Shown piece after piece: positions 9,417 through 18,437 of a stretch of 64,000 bases of DNA. This DNA comes from a virus (Duplodnaviria > Caudoviricetes): IMG/VR virus record IMGVR_UViG_3300025066_000007, one strand, 5' to 3'. The notes under the pieces are model-generated. The model saw only the letters and a program-made list of their open reading frames with translations. It ran no database searches and was not told the DNA's origin. Every line of letters begins with the position of its first letter. Within the stretch, counting starts at the first letter, position 1. Made by a program: the position numbers and the translations under genes.

Positions 9417-9749
9417 CTATTCCTCTTCTTCATATAGGTTAACAGGCTCATCGAGATTGGCAGCAATTGAATCTGCCGCATCAACAATGTTGTGAATTGA
9501 CCAGCTTACAACGCTTGTAATAAATGCGCCGATTACTGGACTTATCTCAAAATATAAGGACAAGAAAGCGCCAACCCAAACCCCGGTACACATAGAGCAG
9601 TTTATTAACTTCTCAGCCCATAGGCTTCGAGATAAGAACCTTCTCAGTGGCTCCGCAATATCTGATACAACCAGTACCAGAGTCATCCCGGCAGAGCTTA
9701 AGCAGAACATTAAAAACTCGGTAAACTGCACCAACTCATCCTCACTCAT
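9417..9749 (-). CDS. Small membrane protein (DUF1360-like)
   Basis: Hydrophobic helices flanking CSMCTGVW. Confidence 0.55.
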   Translation of the reverse strand: MSEDELVQFTEFLMFCLSSAGMTLVLVVSDIAEPLRRFLSRSLWAEKLINCSMCTGVWVGAFLSLYFEISPVIGAFITSVVSWSIHNIVDAADSIAANLDEPVNLYEEEE

Positions 9750-9843
9750 AATATACTTTAACGTCTTTTAATTATCAACAATATTATGTCAACTTATTGA
9801 TATTCCTAAAATCTTCACGGATTCTGCAAAGCTTTTGCCCGAG

Positions 9844-9874
9844 GGGCCGGGGCGGTTGTTTGCCGCCCCGGCCC
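9844..9874. terminator. GC-rich 12-bp hairpin (terminator-like or stability element)
   Basis: GGGCCGGGGCGG-ttgtttg-CCGCCCCGGCCC just past the DUF3310 stop; T-rich tail only on the + strand. Confidence 0.5.
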
Positions 9875-9877
9875 TAT

Positions 9878-10147
9878 TTATATTTTAGGCGCAGGTTTTG
9901 ACTCGTCAAGAGTCGCTGCAGACTCCTTTTCACAAAGGCCAATAAATCGATCCAGATACCACTTTGCCTTCTTTAAATCCTCTAGGACATTACCGTGCTT
10001 CCTTCCCGCTCTTGATATATATTTAACTGTGTTTCCAAGGTGAAACCCTAACCGCCAAGCCTCAATAACCTTGATCGTCTCATAAACCGTGGACTCTCCC
10101 TGAGGGTCACCACTCTGATAATGGCTAGGATGTTTTACATTGCTCAT
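9878..10147 (-). CDS. DUF3310-family phage protein
   Basis: VKHPSHY...GNTVKYISRAGRK...EDLKKAKWYL. Confidence 0.8.
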   Translation of the reverse strand: MSNVKHPSHYQSGDPQGESTVYETIKVIEAWRLGFHLGNTVKYISRAGRKHGNVLEDLKKAKWYLDRFIGLCEKESAATLDESKPAPKI

Positions 10148-10162
10148 TTAATATCTCCTTTA

Positions 10163-10838
10163 TTATATTGTAATTTCACCTTTGACGAACCTACTTAGCT
10201 TTTGAGTTTTTCCGGTTCGATGATCGGTCACCTTGTCTCGCTGAACTTGATAAGTCCTTATCTTATCTCCTCTCATTCCAGAGCCAACCTGAGAGGCTCT
10301 CAGCTCAGACCTTCGTCTGCTGGCTGCGCTCCTTTCGATCTCATATAGCTTAGCTCGAAGAAGCCTTAGAGCATAGTCTTTGTTCAAGTGTTGTGAACGC
10401 TCTGATTCGCATCGAATGCTTATTTGTGTTGGAATATGTTTCAGCTGAACGGCAGAGTCAGTTACATTTCTATGCTGCCCGCCCGCTCCAGATCCACGGC
10501 AAGTCTTCCACTCAAGGTCTTTCTTGTCGATCTTTACTGATGCTCTTTTTGGCTCTGTTAGAATTGCAACCGTTATAGTCGAAGTGTGAACTCTGCCTCG
10601 TTTGTCAAGGGGAGAAACTCTTTGCCAGCGATGGCCTCCTGCTTCTTTCTCAAAGATCTTTAAAGCGTTCTTTCCTTCGATCAAAGCTATGCTAATTCCT
10701 GGGCGTGATTCTATTATTTTCAGGCTAAAGATAATTTCGGCGGCAGACCTTGCCGTAAATGCCGAGTTGATCTTTAACAAGAAGTTTGCTTTCTTTTCCG
10801 CCTTCAGCGGCTCTAATCTCTAATATAATAGAATTCAT
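10163..10838 (-). CDS. Class I peptide chain release factor-like protein (no domain 1), expressed via +1 frameshift; about 224 aa
   Basis: AAGGAG...ATG at 10838 gives MNSIILEIRAAEGG...NYL; +1 shift at CTT TAG C into SLKIIESRPG...GGHRWQRVSPLDKRGRVHTS...GAGGQHRNVTDSAV...IRTY. Confidence 0.85.
10724..10733 (-). other. prfB-like +1 frameshift site TAT CTT TAG C
   Basis: Joins two halves of a release-factor fold; matches the prfB UAU CUU UGA C site except that the stop is UAG. Confidence 0.75.
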
Positions 10839-10858
10839 CTTCCTTTTCTCCTTTATAT

Positions 10859-11443
10859 TTATTCTGGCTTAACTCCAGAGGCTAATGCTATTTTGCAAAT
10901 ATGCTCTAGCCTTTCTATGTGACAAAATGCTTCCCACGGGTTTTTCCCAATAGCACAAGCTCCATGCGCAGTTTGGCCAACAATATCATAATAGACCTCT
11001 CCATTACGTTGCATTTGAAAAAATGTATCATCTGCCAAGCCTTTACTTGTCGCCTCCCAAAGTCCTACATTCTTCCCAACTTTTGTATAGCGATATACTT
11101 CCGGAAACTTCTTTGCTAATGCCTGCAGATTCCACCCTGCCATCATCGCTGCAACAATATAGGTTGGATGCAGATGAAGCACGCATCTCGTTCCCTTGTG
11201 ACTCTTCTGCAAAAGCCAATGCATCTCTAGCTCTCCAGAGGCATTCTTATTCAGGCCAAGCTTTCCTCTGGAAATTGGAATTCTAAGAATAGATTCTGGA
11301 TAAATGATATTCTTTCTAACTCCAGACGGAGTTATGTAGAGAGTTTTTTTCTCTGACCTCTTTAAAGAGCAGTTCCCGTCCTTGGTAGTTATCCAGTTTC
11401 TATCGTATGCCTCTCGCATAACATCGCCAATAGCAGTTAACAT
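10859..11443 (-). CDS. Class II aldolase/adducin-family protein
   Basis: GNCS, ITPSG, SGELEMH, HLHP and HG metal-binding motifs. Confidence 0.8.
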   Translation of the reverse strand: MLTAIGDVMREAYDRNWITTKDGNCSLKRSEKKTLYITPSGVRKNIIYPESILRIPISRGKLGLNKNASGELEMHWLLQKSHKGTRCVLHLHPTYIVAAMMAGWNLQALAKKFPEVYRYTKVGKNVGLWEATSKGLADDTFFQMQRNGEVYYDIVGQTAHGACAIGKNPWEAFCHIERLEHICKIALASGVKPE

Positions 11444-11608
11444 CTACAGAAGCTCCTCATCTACAGACCACTCTTCTACGCAAAGAGTGGTCTCGCCGTC
11501 GCCTTCGTTTTCGAATAAGAATTCCTCTGCTGCCTCTTCGCTGGAGAAGACCGCAACGATTCTTGCTTCATTTCTAAAAGATTCTTCTGTTATAATATAA
11601 ACAATCAC
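11444..11608 (-). CDS. Small hypothetical protein (54 aa, not in track)
   Basis: GTG-start ORF MIVYIITEESFRNEARIVAVFSSEEAAEEFL... exactly fills the gap between neighbours. Confidence 0.6.
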   Translation of the reverse strand: MIVYIITEESFRNEARIVAVFSSEEAAEEFLFENEGDGETTLCVEEWSVDEELL

Positions 11609-11881
11609 CTATAACTCCTGTAAATAAAAACTCTGCTTAAGCTTATAGGCCGGAAACTCAGTTTCGTGAAACCAAGAAACCACAGTCTTGCTTACAGTAG
11701 GATCTCCATCCAAGAAAGCCTCTCCTTCCGAGAATGCCTCTCCAACTTTGCTCTTATCAAATCCGGCCGGAACATGAAGCTCTACTATCTCAAAATAACT
11801 TCTGGGCATAATCTTGCAGCTATTCTCGATGATTAAATAGTAGATATCTTCCTTCCATGGCTTTTTCGACTTCTTTCCCAT
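11609..11881 (-). CDS. Hypothetical protein
   Basis: 90 aa ORF, TAATG coupling with upstream gene. Confidence 0.55.
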   Translation of the reverse strand: MGKKSKKPWKEDIYYLIIENSCKIMPRSYFEIVELHVPAGFDKSKVGEAFSEGEAFLDGDPTVSKTVVSWFHETEFPAYKLKQSFYLQEL

Positions 11882-12345
11882 TACTCATTATCCTCTGGGT
11901 ATATATAAACGAAAGTTTCATTTTCAAAATGCCTAACTTCTCCGGTCGGAAGATCGTTTAGGCCCGAAACTCTTATGCAGATATTATATCCGATAAGAGG
12001 CTCTAGGTGGCTGTACGAAGCCTTTCCAACCATCCACTTGGCACCGTCTTCAGACCAAAAGTTTTCCTGGCCTTCTCCTAGGTCTACAAACCTGACTTGC
12101 CTTTCTCCTCCAAATACTGTCTCCACACTCTCTTTCGAAAGACTCTTCTCAAATGCTTTAAGGGATTTTATGATTTCGCTATCATCTACTAGGTGAGGAC
12201 AGCTAAGCTCCCAAGACTCCTCTCTGGGGTCCCAAGCAATTTCTAACTCAATTCCAAAAAAATTAAAGGTTCCGCCCGAATATTCTCCATTCCCAGAATC
12301 AGAATATGAGCGCGTAGTCAGTTGTGGATGCAATCTCTTCTTCAT
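11881..12345 (-). CDS. Hypothetical protein
   Basis: 154 aa ORF with GGAGG RBS. Confidence 0.6.
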   Translation of the reverse strand: MKKRLHPQLTTRSYSDSGNGEYSGGTFNFFGIELEIAWDPREESWELSCPHLVDDSEIIKSLKAFEKSLSKESVETVFGGERQVRFVDLGEGQENFWSEDGAKWMVGKASYSHLEPLIGYNICIRVSGLNDLPTGEVRHFENETFVYIYPEDNE

Positions 12346-12368
12346 AATTATCCTCCTTTGAAATTATG

Positions 12369-12608
12369 CTAAAATTTATCTTCACTTTCAAGAAATAGCT
12401 TTAAAGCTTCTCTGTAAGAGAACTGTTTGCGTTTATCAGCGTAATAGTTCCGTTTTGTTTTGGAATAACAAGTTATCGTAAGGATTCCATATTCTGCATC
12501 TTTAAAATGCACATAATATTCCTCTCCAACTTCTTCTCTAACCACATCTACAAGATGATCTATAATTGCGTCCTGAAGCCATGTGTCTATTTTTATATCA
12601 ACTCCCAT
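12369..12608 (-). CDS. Hypothetical protein
   Basis: 79 aa ORF, TAATG coupling. Confidence 0.55.
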   Translation of the reverse strand: MGVDIKIDTWLQDAIIDHLVDVVREEVGEEYYVHFKDAEYGILTITCYSKTKRNYYADKRKQFSYREALKLFLESEDKF

Positions 12609-13210
12609 TATTGGACCATCTTCATTATATTAAACTTAAATAAGTCCAACTGTTGGGGCTCATACTCTACCTTCTTTGGTTTATGTCCCACTTTCCTTGA
12701 TTCGTCAAAAACCTTTCTCTCCTCATAATGACTATCGCATAGAGTCGATATCCAACTTGTGTCTCTGCGCTCTCCTCGCTCGCCGCAAACCTCGCAGGCC
12801 TGAAGAGACATCGCCTCAGTTAGACTGACTACTCCTTCAATAAACTCATCACCTCCATAGTAATAAGCTCTAAGTCCTCCGAATTTTTCTTTTATTTGGC
12901 AGAAGGAAAACGAATGCATATAGTATCCATTCAAAGGCGGCTCTGCACCGTCCTCTATGATGGCCTTTCCCGTATACTTAAGGTAGTGCTCAATATGCGC
13001 GCACATTGCCTCAAGAAGATTCGACCACCCCTCTCCAACGCAGGGGTAGCAATTGCTCAAGAGATCTGAATATTTCACAGTCAATCGAGCCTCCCAGGTC
13101 ATGCAATCTTCGCACAAGGTAACACGCCTTGAGCCGCGCGACCCAACTTCACTTAGGCTATCGCACTCTTTCTTACAACTTGTACAAGTCCCCGTTTCTT
13201 TTTCACTCAC
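12608..13210 (-). CDS. Phage protein of the QxKEKFGGLRxY family with Cys clusters
   Basis: Probable GTG start at 13210 (GGAG RBS); QIKEKFGGLRAY...CEVCG; paralog of 62321..62752. Confidence 0.65.
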   Translation of the reverse strand: MSEKETGTCTSCKKECDSLSEVGSRGSRRVTLCEDCMTWEARLTVKYSDLLSNCYPCVGEGWSNLLEAMCAHIEHYLKYTGKAIIEDGAEPPLNGYYMHSFSFCQIKEKFGGLRAYYYGGDEFIEGVVSLTEAMSLQACEVCGERGERRDTSWISTLCDSHYEERKVFDESRKVGHKPKKVEYEPQQLDLFKFNIMKMVQ

Positions 13211-13403
13211 TTTCTTTCTCCGGTAAATCAAAGGCTCCGCAATTACATGTGTGCCAGCCTTGGGGCCAAGGACACTCTTCTGCGTGCTCCTTGTGAGCCT
13301 CTGCAGACTGGCATCCAATAGAGCAAAACTGGCTATATGACAGCGGAAAATATGTTTTATATTCTTTGCCGCACTCATTACATTTTCGAATTATAATTGC
13401 CAT
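13203..13403 (-). CDS. Small Cys-rich (zinc-binding) protein
   Basis: CNECG...FCSIGC...HTCNC. Confidence 0.55.
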   Translation of the reverse strand: MAIIIRKCNECGKEYKTYFPLSYSQFCSIGCQSAEAHKEHAEECPWPQGWHTCNCGAFDLPEKESE

Positions 13404-13428
13404 TATTCAATTCCGCTTTACTCTGCGC

Positions 13429-13818
13429 TTATTCTCGAATATAGCCCTGCTCAATTAATCCATCCATAACCGCCGCAGTCATATAATGATCTCTATCATA
13501 TTCGATAAGATCAAGCCCATATGACTGAACCAAAGCTTGGCGAATGGCCTCATATGTCTTACTGCCAACAAAATGTTCTCTTACCTCAAACTCTAGCTTA
13601 GTAACTCCATTTTTTTGGAACTCAACAGAAGCCACCCGAATGACATCTTCTGCGTCGTTTAGAGTGTTAAATATAGCTCTATCATCAATCCAGACTCGCT
13701 CTGTCGCCCATGCCCAGCCTTTAGCTATAGAGTGGCTTTCATATTTTATCAAATATTCATTAGTTATATTATCATAAACAACAAACTTGGGTTTCGTGTA
13801 CTTATTTTTCACGACCAC
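13429..13818 (-). CDS. Hypothetical protein
   Basis: 129 aa ORF. Confidence 0.55.
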   Translation of the reverse strand: MVVKNKYTKPKFVVYDNITNEYLIKYESHSIAKGWAWATERVWIDDRAIFNTLNDAEDVIRVASVEFQKNGVTKLEFEVREHFVGSKTYEAIRQALVQSYGLDLIEYDRDHYMTAAVMDGLIEQGYIRE

Positions 13819-13963
13819 CCCTCTCTTTCTTCGCCAGAGCCTTATGAATCTTAATCCAAGTCTTGGCGCGGGCCCTTAAGATCTTCTGCGCACTAGAGCT
13901 GAAATGTTCCTCTTCTTTCTTCATAGATTGGATGGCTTTCTCCAAAGCGTCAGATGAAGTCAT
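13802..13963 (-). CDS. Small hypothetical protein (53 aa, not in track)
   Basis: ATGA overlap with the IMPDH/GMPR stop; [16 protein letters not shown]... Confidence 0.5.
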   Translation of the reverse strand: MTSSDALEKAIQSMKKEEEHFSSSAQKILRARAKTWIKIHKALAKKERGGREK

Positions 13964-15006
13964 CGGCGCTCTCCTTCTGCATTAAAGATATGCGTTGAGC
14001 TCTCTATCTGACCGGCATTCGTTTGCCTCATAAAGACCGCCTTATCTTGAAGCTCGTGGATGGTTCTTGCTCCAGAGTAAGAAAGGCCAGAGCGAATTCC
14101 TCTTTCCAAATCTCCAAGAACATCTGCAACTGACCCCTTAAGCCTTACTCTTGTTGCGATGCCCTCTAGAGAAGCAGCGCGGCCCCTCCAGGCTATCTGA
14201 GCGTCTTTTGACGCCATCCCACGATAGGCTTTGAACTTACCCTCTGAAGTCTCCAGAACGTCCCCTGGGGTCTCGTCTGTTCCTGACAGAAGGGAGCCGC
14301 ACATAACAAAGTTTGCTCCAGCAGCTAATGCCTTAACTATATCTCCAGAATTTCTGATTCCACCATCTGCAATGATAGGGGCGTCATAACTTGATTCGGC
14401 ACAATCAAAGATTGTCTGCAACCCAGGAACTCCATGCCCTGTTTGAATTTTTGTAGAACAGATTGAGCCTGAACCAATATTCGCACGAACACTATTCGCG
14501 CCCCAATCAACCAGAGCTTCATATCCATCTTTCGTCGCAATATTTCCCGCAATAATATGAATATGGTCTCCGAAGTCTTTTCGCAGATTTCTTAGAGCAT
14601 TCCGCATTAAAACATGATGCCCATGTGCAACATCAACACATAGAATTCGGATACCAGCGTCTACGAGCGTCCGTGCGCGCGCTAACTCGTCTGAAGAAGT
14701 TCCTATTGCAGCGGCAGTATGTGCTGTCGCATCGATATCAAGGCCAGACTCAAGAACGCGCCTTACGATTAGGGCCTGCTGCTCTGGTGAATTATATCTG
14801 TGAATCACAGATACTCCTCCGGCTTTTGCCATAGCCAAAGCCATCCTATCTTCTGTAACAGTGTCCATTGGGCTCGATATAATCGGGAGACTGCATACGG
14901 TGCTTCCGAGGCTTGACCTTAGATCAACTTCCTTTCTGCTGCGTATATCAGAAAACTGTGGAACAATTAAAACGTCTTGGTAACTCAAACCTTCTTTTAG
15001 CTTCAT
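13960..15006 (-). CDS. IMP dehydrogenase / GMP reductase family protein (no CBS domains)
   Basis: [21 protein letters not shown], catalytic [31 protein letters not shown]-like motifs. Confidence 0.9.
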   Translation of the reverse strand: MKLKEGLSYQDVLIVPQFSDIRSRKEVDLRSSLGSTVCSLPIISSPMDTVTEDRMALAMAKAGGVSVIHRYNSPEQQALIVRRVLESGLDIDATAHTAAAIGTSSDELARARTLVDAGIRILCVDVAHGHHVLMRNALRNLRKDFGDHIHIIAGNIATKDGYEALVDWGANSVRANIGSGSICSTKIQTGHGVPGLQTIFDCAESSYDAPIIADGGIRNSGDIVKALAAGANFVMCGSLLSGTDETPGDVLETSEGKFKAYRGMASKDAQIAWRGRAASLEGIATRVRLKGSVADVLGDLERGIRSGLSYSGARTIHELQDKAVFMRQTNAGQIESSTHIFNAEGERR

Positions 15007-15094
15007 ACTTAACCCCTATTCTTGGTTCGCTCAATCTGCTCAGCCCAATTTGGCTAGCCTAAAAATCTTAAACCCTGCACGGGCAGCCGCAACT

Positions 15095-15331
15095 CTAATT
15101 CGCTTTTAGCCAAGAATGAGGACTCCCAGCCCTAACGCAATCTAGTAGAGTCTTAAGTTCAATGATTCTATTATGTGCCTCTTTCATATCTTCAAATTCC
15201 CCTAGAGTCCAAGAGCAATCTTCGCACAAAAAGCTTTGTCGCTTCTGATAGGTTACAACCGTGCAGTCCTCATCTCTATATTTGCATCCGTGAATGACAC
15301 AACAATGCTCTGTATGTACACCCTCACACAT
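15095..15331 (-). CDS. Small Cys/His-rich phage protein
   Basis: HCCVIHGCKY...C...CEDC. Confidence 0.55.
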   Translation of the reverse strand: MCEGVHTEHCCVIHGCKYRDEDCTVVTYQKRQSFLCEDCSWTLGEFEDMKEAHNRIIELKTLLDCVRAGSPHSWLKAN

Positions 15332-15334
15332 GAG

Positions 15335-16018
15335 CTAACAAGCCGCCCAACCGCCGACTACCCAAGATAGCTTTTTGCTTGGCTTTTGGGTTGCGGCCTG
15401 CTCCACCTTCTCCAAGGCCTTGGCCTCCCTCTCTGTCCAGGCAGCAATCCTTTTGATAGCTGTATCGCTAAGCAAATCAGAGCTACAAAGCGGACACTTT
15501 GGAAGCTGCGGATAAGATATATAGCCAGAAGATATCTCGCTTCTATACGGAAAGATATGTTTTGCCTTAAGCCTATCTAGACTAAGGCGAGAAGAACATT
15601 CCGAACATCCTACGAGCGTTGACTTTCTTCCAAAGAATGATTCACATATGGCCACCATTCCATGATATTTCTTTTCCATGACCCTTCTCAAGTCTAACCT
15701 TGCATCTTCGACTTTCTTTCTCTGCTTTTCAGTTACCGCCTGAGGGGCATAAAAAGAGCACGCAATAGGCGCCATTCGTTTGCTATGGTGATCCAAAACA
15801 TACTCTTCAGCCTTTACCTCAGAATCAAAACCGCGATGAATAAACTCTATTCCTGAAGAAAAAGTTGTTGCGTTACCAGCATAAGCTCCTCTTCCAGATT
15901 CACGAGCATCCTCTTCAACACGTCTGCTCCATGCTTTTCTGACAGCCTCTTTATCTGATGCATTTACCGTAATAGTGTAATCATGAGCTCCCATATCATT
16001 TTCCCTCCCCATCTTCAT
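15335..16018 (-). CDS. Hypothetical zinc-finger protein
   Basis: CSECSS and CPLCSS pairs; true start may be MGAHDY. Confidence 0.6.
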   Translation of the reverse strand: MKMGRENDMGAHDYTITVNASDKEAVRKAWSRRVEEDARESGRGAYAGNATTFSSGIEFIHRGFDSEVKAEEYVLDHHSKRMAPIACSFYAPQAVTEKQRKKVEDARLDLRRVMEKKYHGMVAICESFFGRKSTLVGCSECSSRLSLDRLKAKHIFPYRSEISSGYISYPQLPKCPLCSSDLLSDTAIKRIAAWTEREAKALEKVEQAATQKPSKKLSWVVGGWAAC

Positions 16019-16229
16019 TAATCCACTTTCTCAAGTCGACAATCTCGTACCAATCATAATGACAGCCGCGAATCAAATGCTTTCCATAGTACCACTCATT
16101 TGTAGAAGGAGACATTTCGATCTTAATTTCGTCCTCCGCCTCTTCCTTGGTTTCAAAAGTGGCAATCCAATCTTCAGTTCCGATATCTGGATAATAATTT
16201 TCGCCAGCAATTAAAAGAAAATATTTCAT
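15996..16229 (-). CDS. Hypothetical phage protein
   Basis: 77 aa, LLIAGENYYP...DWYEIVDL. Confidence 0.6.
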   Translation of the reverse strand: MKYFLLIAGENYYPDIGTEDWIATFETKEEAEDEIKIEMSPSTNEWYYGKHLIRGCHYDWYEIVDLRKWINEDGEGK

Positions 16230-16235
16230 AACTTC

Positions 16236-16682
16236 TTACCCAAAGATAATGTCAGAATCAAACTCAATATATTCCTCCTCAAAAGCTTTGAGCTTTTCGC
16301 AAAAGCCTTTGATCCTCTTGGAATATGCTACAAACGGAATATCTTGAGTAATTACAAATCCAAAAATGTCTGGAATGTCTGACGTGTAACTAGGATAATC
16401 ACACTCTTCCCATTGGGCCGTGTAACCAAACTCAATTCCCCGAATAGTCACAGTACCTTCAATTCCCTCGTTGATTTTTCGATACTCTTGAGTTAACCCA
16501 AAAAGCTCTGCATCTGGAATCTGCCTCTCTGCAATTTGAGGCATTGAAGTTTGATCGTCAGGGCTTGCTTCGGCTATAGCCCTCACTCGACCTATAACCT
16601 TTTCATCCTCTATTCCATAAACCGGCACAAGACCTTCTGCTAACCAAAACAAAAACTGTTTATCATTCATTTTTCTCTCCAA
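16236..16682 (-). CDS. Hypothetical protein
   Basis: 148 aa ORF. Confidence 0.55.
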   Translation of the reverse strand: MERKMNDKQFLFWLAEGLVPVYGIEDEKVIGRVRAIAEASPDDQTSMPQIAERQIPDAELFGLTQEYRKINEGIEGTVTIRGIEFGYTAQWEECDYPSYTSDIPDIFGFVITQDIPFVAYSKRIKGFCEKLKAFEEEYIEFDSDIIFG

Positions 16683-16685
16683 AGC

Positions 16686-17126
16686 TCAACTCCAGCACTG
16701 AACTACGTCTGTTTCTTCGATCGGAATATCTGTCGTCATAAGATGCGAAAAATCCTTAGAAAACTCCACTACAGAGGTTCTGTCATTCGCCATAATTGCC
16801 ATATCAAATTCTCCAACATTAGAGTACTGAGAAGAATTTACAATCCAAACTTTTTGGCTATCATCCTTAGTCCAAAGCGAAGCATAAATATAGCCTCTCT
16901 TCCCGAAATTAACATAACCCATATGAGTCCAATCATTAACAACTAATTTCTGATTCGTTATATTGCTGATATCTTCATCAGAAAAATCCCACTGCCAGTC
17001 ACACTCTCCTTCGAGATAACAATCCGTGTTGAAAAGCTTTGATGCCTGCCTATCCTTGTTCGGATCTCCCTCGAAAAAGCAATGCTTTACAAATGGGACA
17101 ATATCGCTATAACAGTTATGACTCAC
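16686..17126 (-). CDS. Hypothetical protein
   Basis: Track ORF 16686..17168; GTG at 17126 preferred as start. Confidence 0.55.
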   Translation of the reverse strand: MSHNCYSDIVPFVKHCFFEGDPNKDRQASKLFNTDCYLEGECDWQWDFSDEDISNITNQKLVVNDWTHMGYVNFGKRGYIYASLWTKDDSQKVWIVNSSQYSNVGEFDMAIMANDRTSVVEFSKDFSHLMTTDIPIEETDVVQCWS

Positions 17127-17295
17127 TTTCGTTCTTCCTTTCAAATTTCTCAAGATCTCTGACTGCAAACCTCAAGTGCTCTTCTGCGTTGTTTAATTCA
17201 TCATAGGTCGCAAAGGCTCCGCAAGCTCGCTTTGCCGCCTCAATAACTCGCCTCTCTAAACGCCTCAACCTTACTCTTTTGATATAATATTTCAT
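17116..17295 (-). CDS. Small basic hypothetical protein (59 aa, not in track)
   Basis: MKYYIKRVRLRRLERRVIEAAK... fills the gap. Confidence 0.5.
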   Translation of the reverse strand: MKYYIKRVRLRRLERRVIEAAKRACGAFATYDELNNAEEHLRFAVRDLEKFERKNESES

Positions 17296-17305
17296 CTATA
17301 AAATC

Positions 17306-18271
17306 TCAATTTAATTCTTGCAGAAAATGATATCGATAAGTGTCATATATTATCTGCTCAATCACTTTCCTATCTGATTCTTCCGGAAGAGAGCTTGTTG
17401 CGACTGCGGCAGTTACGCTCTTAAGCCTGCTTTCGATTTCTTCAGAAATTTCCTCAACAGAAACTTCTCCTTTGCGAACTCTCAGAAGATAATCAGCTTC
17501 CTTTAAGGGAAGGGTAATAGAGCCTGTCTCTAATAGCTCGATTGCTTCGCCGGAGATTCTAAGCGCGTGCATCATAGCTTTATAGTCTGCTCCACTAGCT
17601 TCTGCCGCCGCCTGTGAACGACGACCATACCTCTCACATAAAGGAGTTAGGGTGCTATCAATGCAATATCCAAAAGTAGTGGTTACGGGCATATATCTGC
17701 CGCAAACCATTAGGGCAGGAGCTTTCTTTCCAGACTTCTTATTAAGAATCACGTCAGTAAGCTCAACGTGCTTTCTCTCAGCAAGATGTGCGAGGTCGTC
17801 TAAGTGTTCCGATAGCCTTGCATCAGAGGGCATAGACCGGAACAAACCAAGCACAGCCTTTGCATCGTTCATTCGGTCGCCCTTCAAAGAATATTTGGAA
17901 GCTTGAGATTTACAATATCCAACCATAGCGTGAACCTTTTTGTTCAAGATATGCGGCCGAAGCTCCAAGACTCTCTCCCAAACAGGAGAGGATTCTAGCC
18001 AAAATTCCTTTGGAGTAAAAAGCATATCTAAAGCATTTGTTTGCCCGGCCATACAAAGCTCTAAGAATCTACCAAACTCTATTGACTCTACATCAATATC
18101 TTCAGAAGAATTCTTCCCTGAGCTAGTGGCTGAAGACATAATCCTTTTAGTTTTAAAGAGAAATATGTCACGAGGATCTGGCAGGAAAACTTCTTTATAG
18201 TCCGTGTCGGAAGATGGAAGATTCGTTCCATAGACCTTGCTTCCAAAGAGCATCTTAACTATCGTCTTCAT
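17306..18271 (-). CDS. Pol-beta-superfamily nucleotidyltransferase (RlaP/NrdC.11-like)
   Basis: FGSKVYGTNLPSSDTDYKEVF and YKAMMHALRI motifs. Confidence 0.8.
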   Translation of the reverse strand: MKTIVKMLFGSKVYGTNLPSSDTDYKEVFLPDPRDIFLFKTKRIMSSATSSGKNSSEDIDVESIEFGRFLELCMAGQTNALDMLFTPKEFWLESSPVWERVLELRPHILNKKVHAMVGYCKSQASKYSLKGDRMNDAKAVLGLFRSMPSDARLSEHLDDLAHLAERKHVELTDVILNKKSGKKAPALMVCGRYMPVTTTFGYCIDSTLTPLCERYGRRSQAAAEASGADYKAMMHALRISGEAIELLETGSITLPLKEADYLLRVRKGEVSVEEISEEIESRLKSVTAAVATSSLPEESDRKVIEQIIYDTYRYHFLQELN

Positions 18272-18280
18272 TTTAGTCCC

Positions 18281-18406
18281 CTATCCGTAAATGAGATCCA
18301 TAAACTTAATAAGTTTTGGAACAATTTCATTGGTGTGATAAATGCAATAGCCAGCTCCATAGAGAATCATTGCTACCAGCGCAGTCTTTTTAACAAAATT
18401 GATCAT
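18281..18406 (-). CDS. Small membrane protein (41 aa, not in track)
   Basis: MINFVKKTALVAMILYGAGYCIY... Confidence 0.4.
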   Translation of the reverse strand: MINFVKKTALVAMILYGAGYCIYHTNEIVPKLIKFMDLIYG

Positions 18407-18437
18407 CTTTCTCTACCTCTTTCTGGCTCAGCTAACC

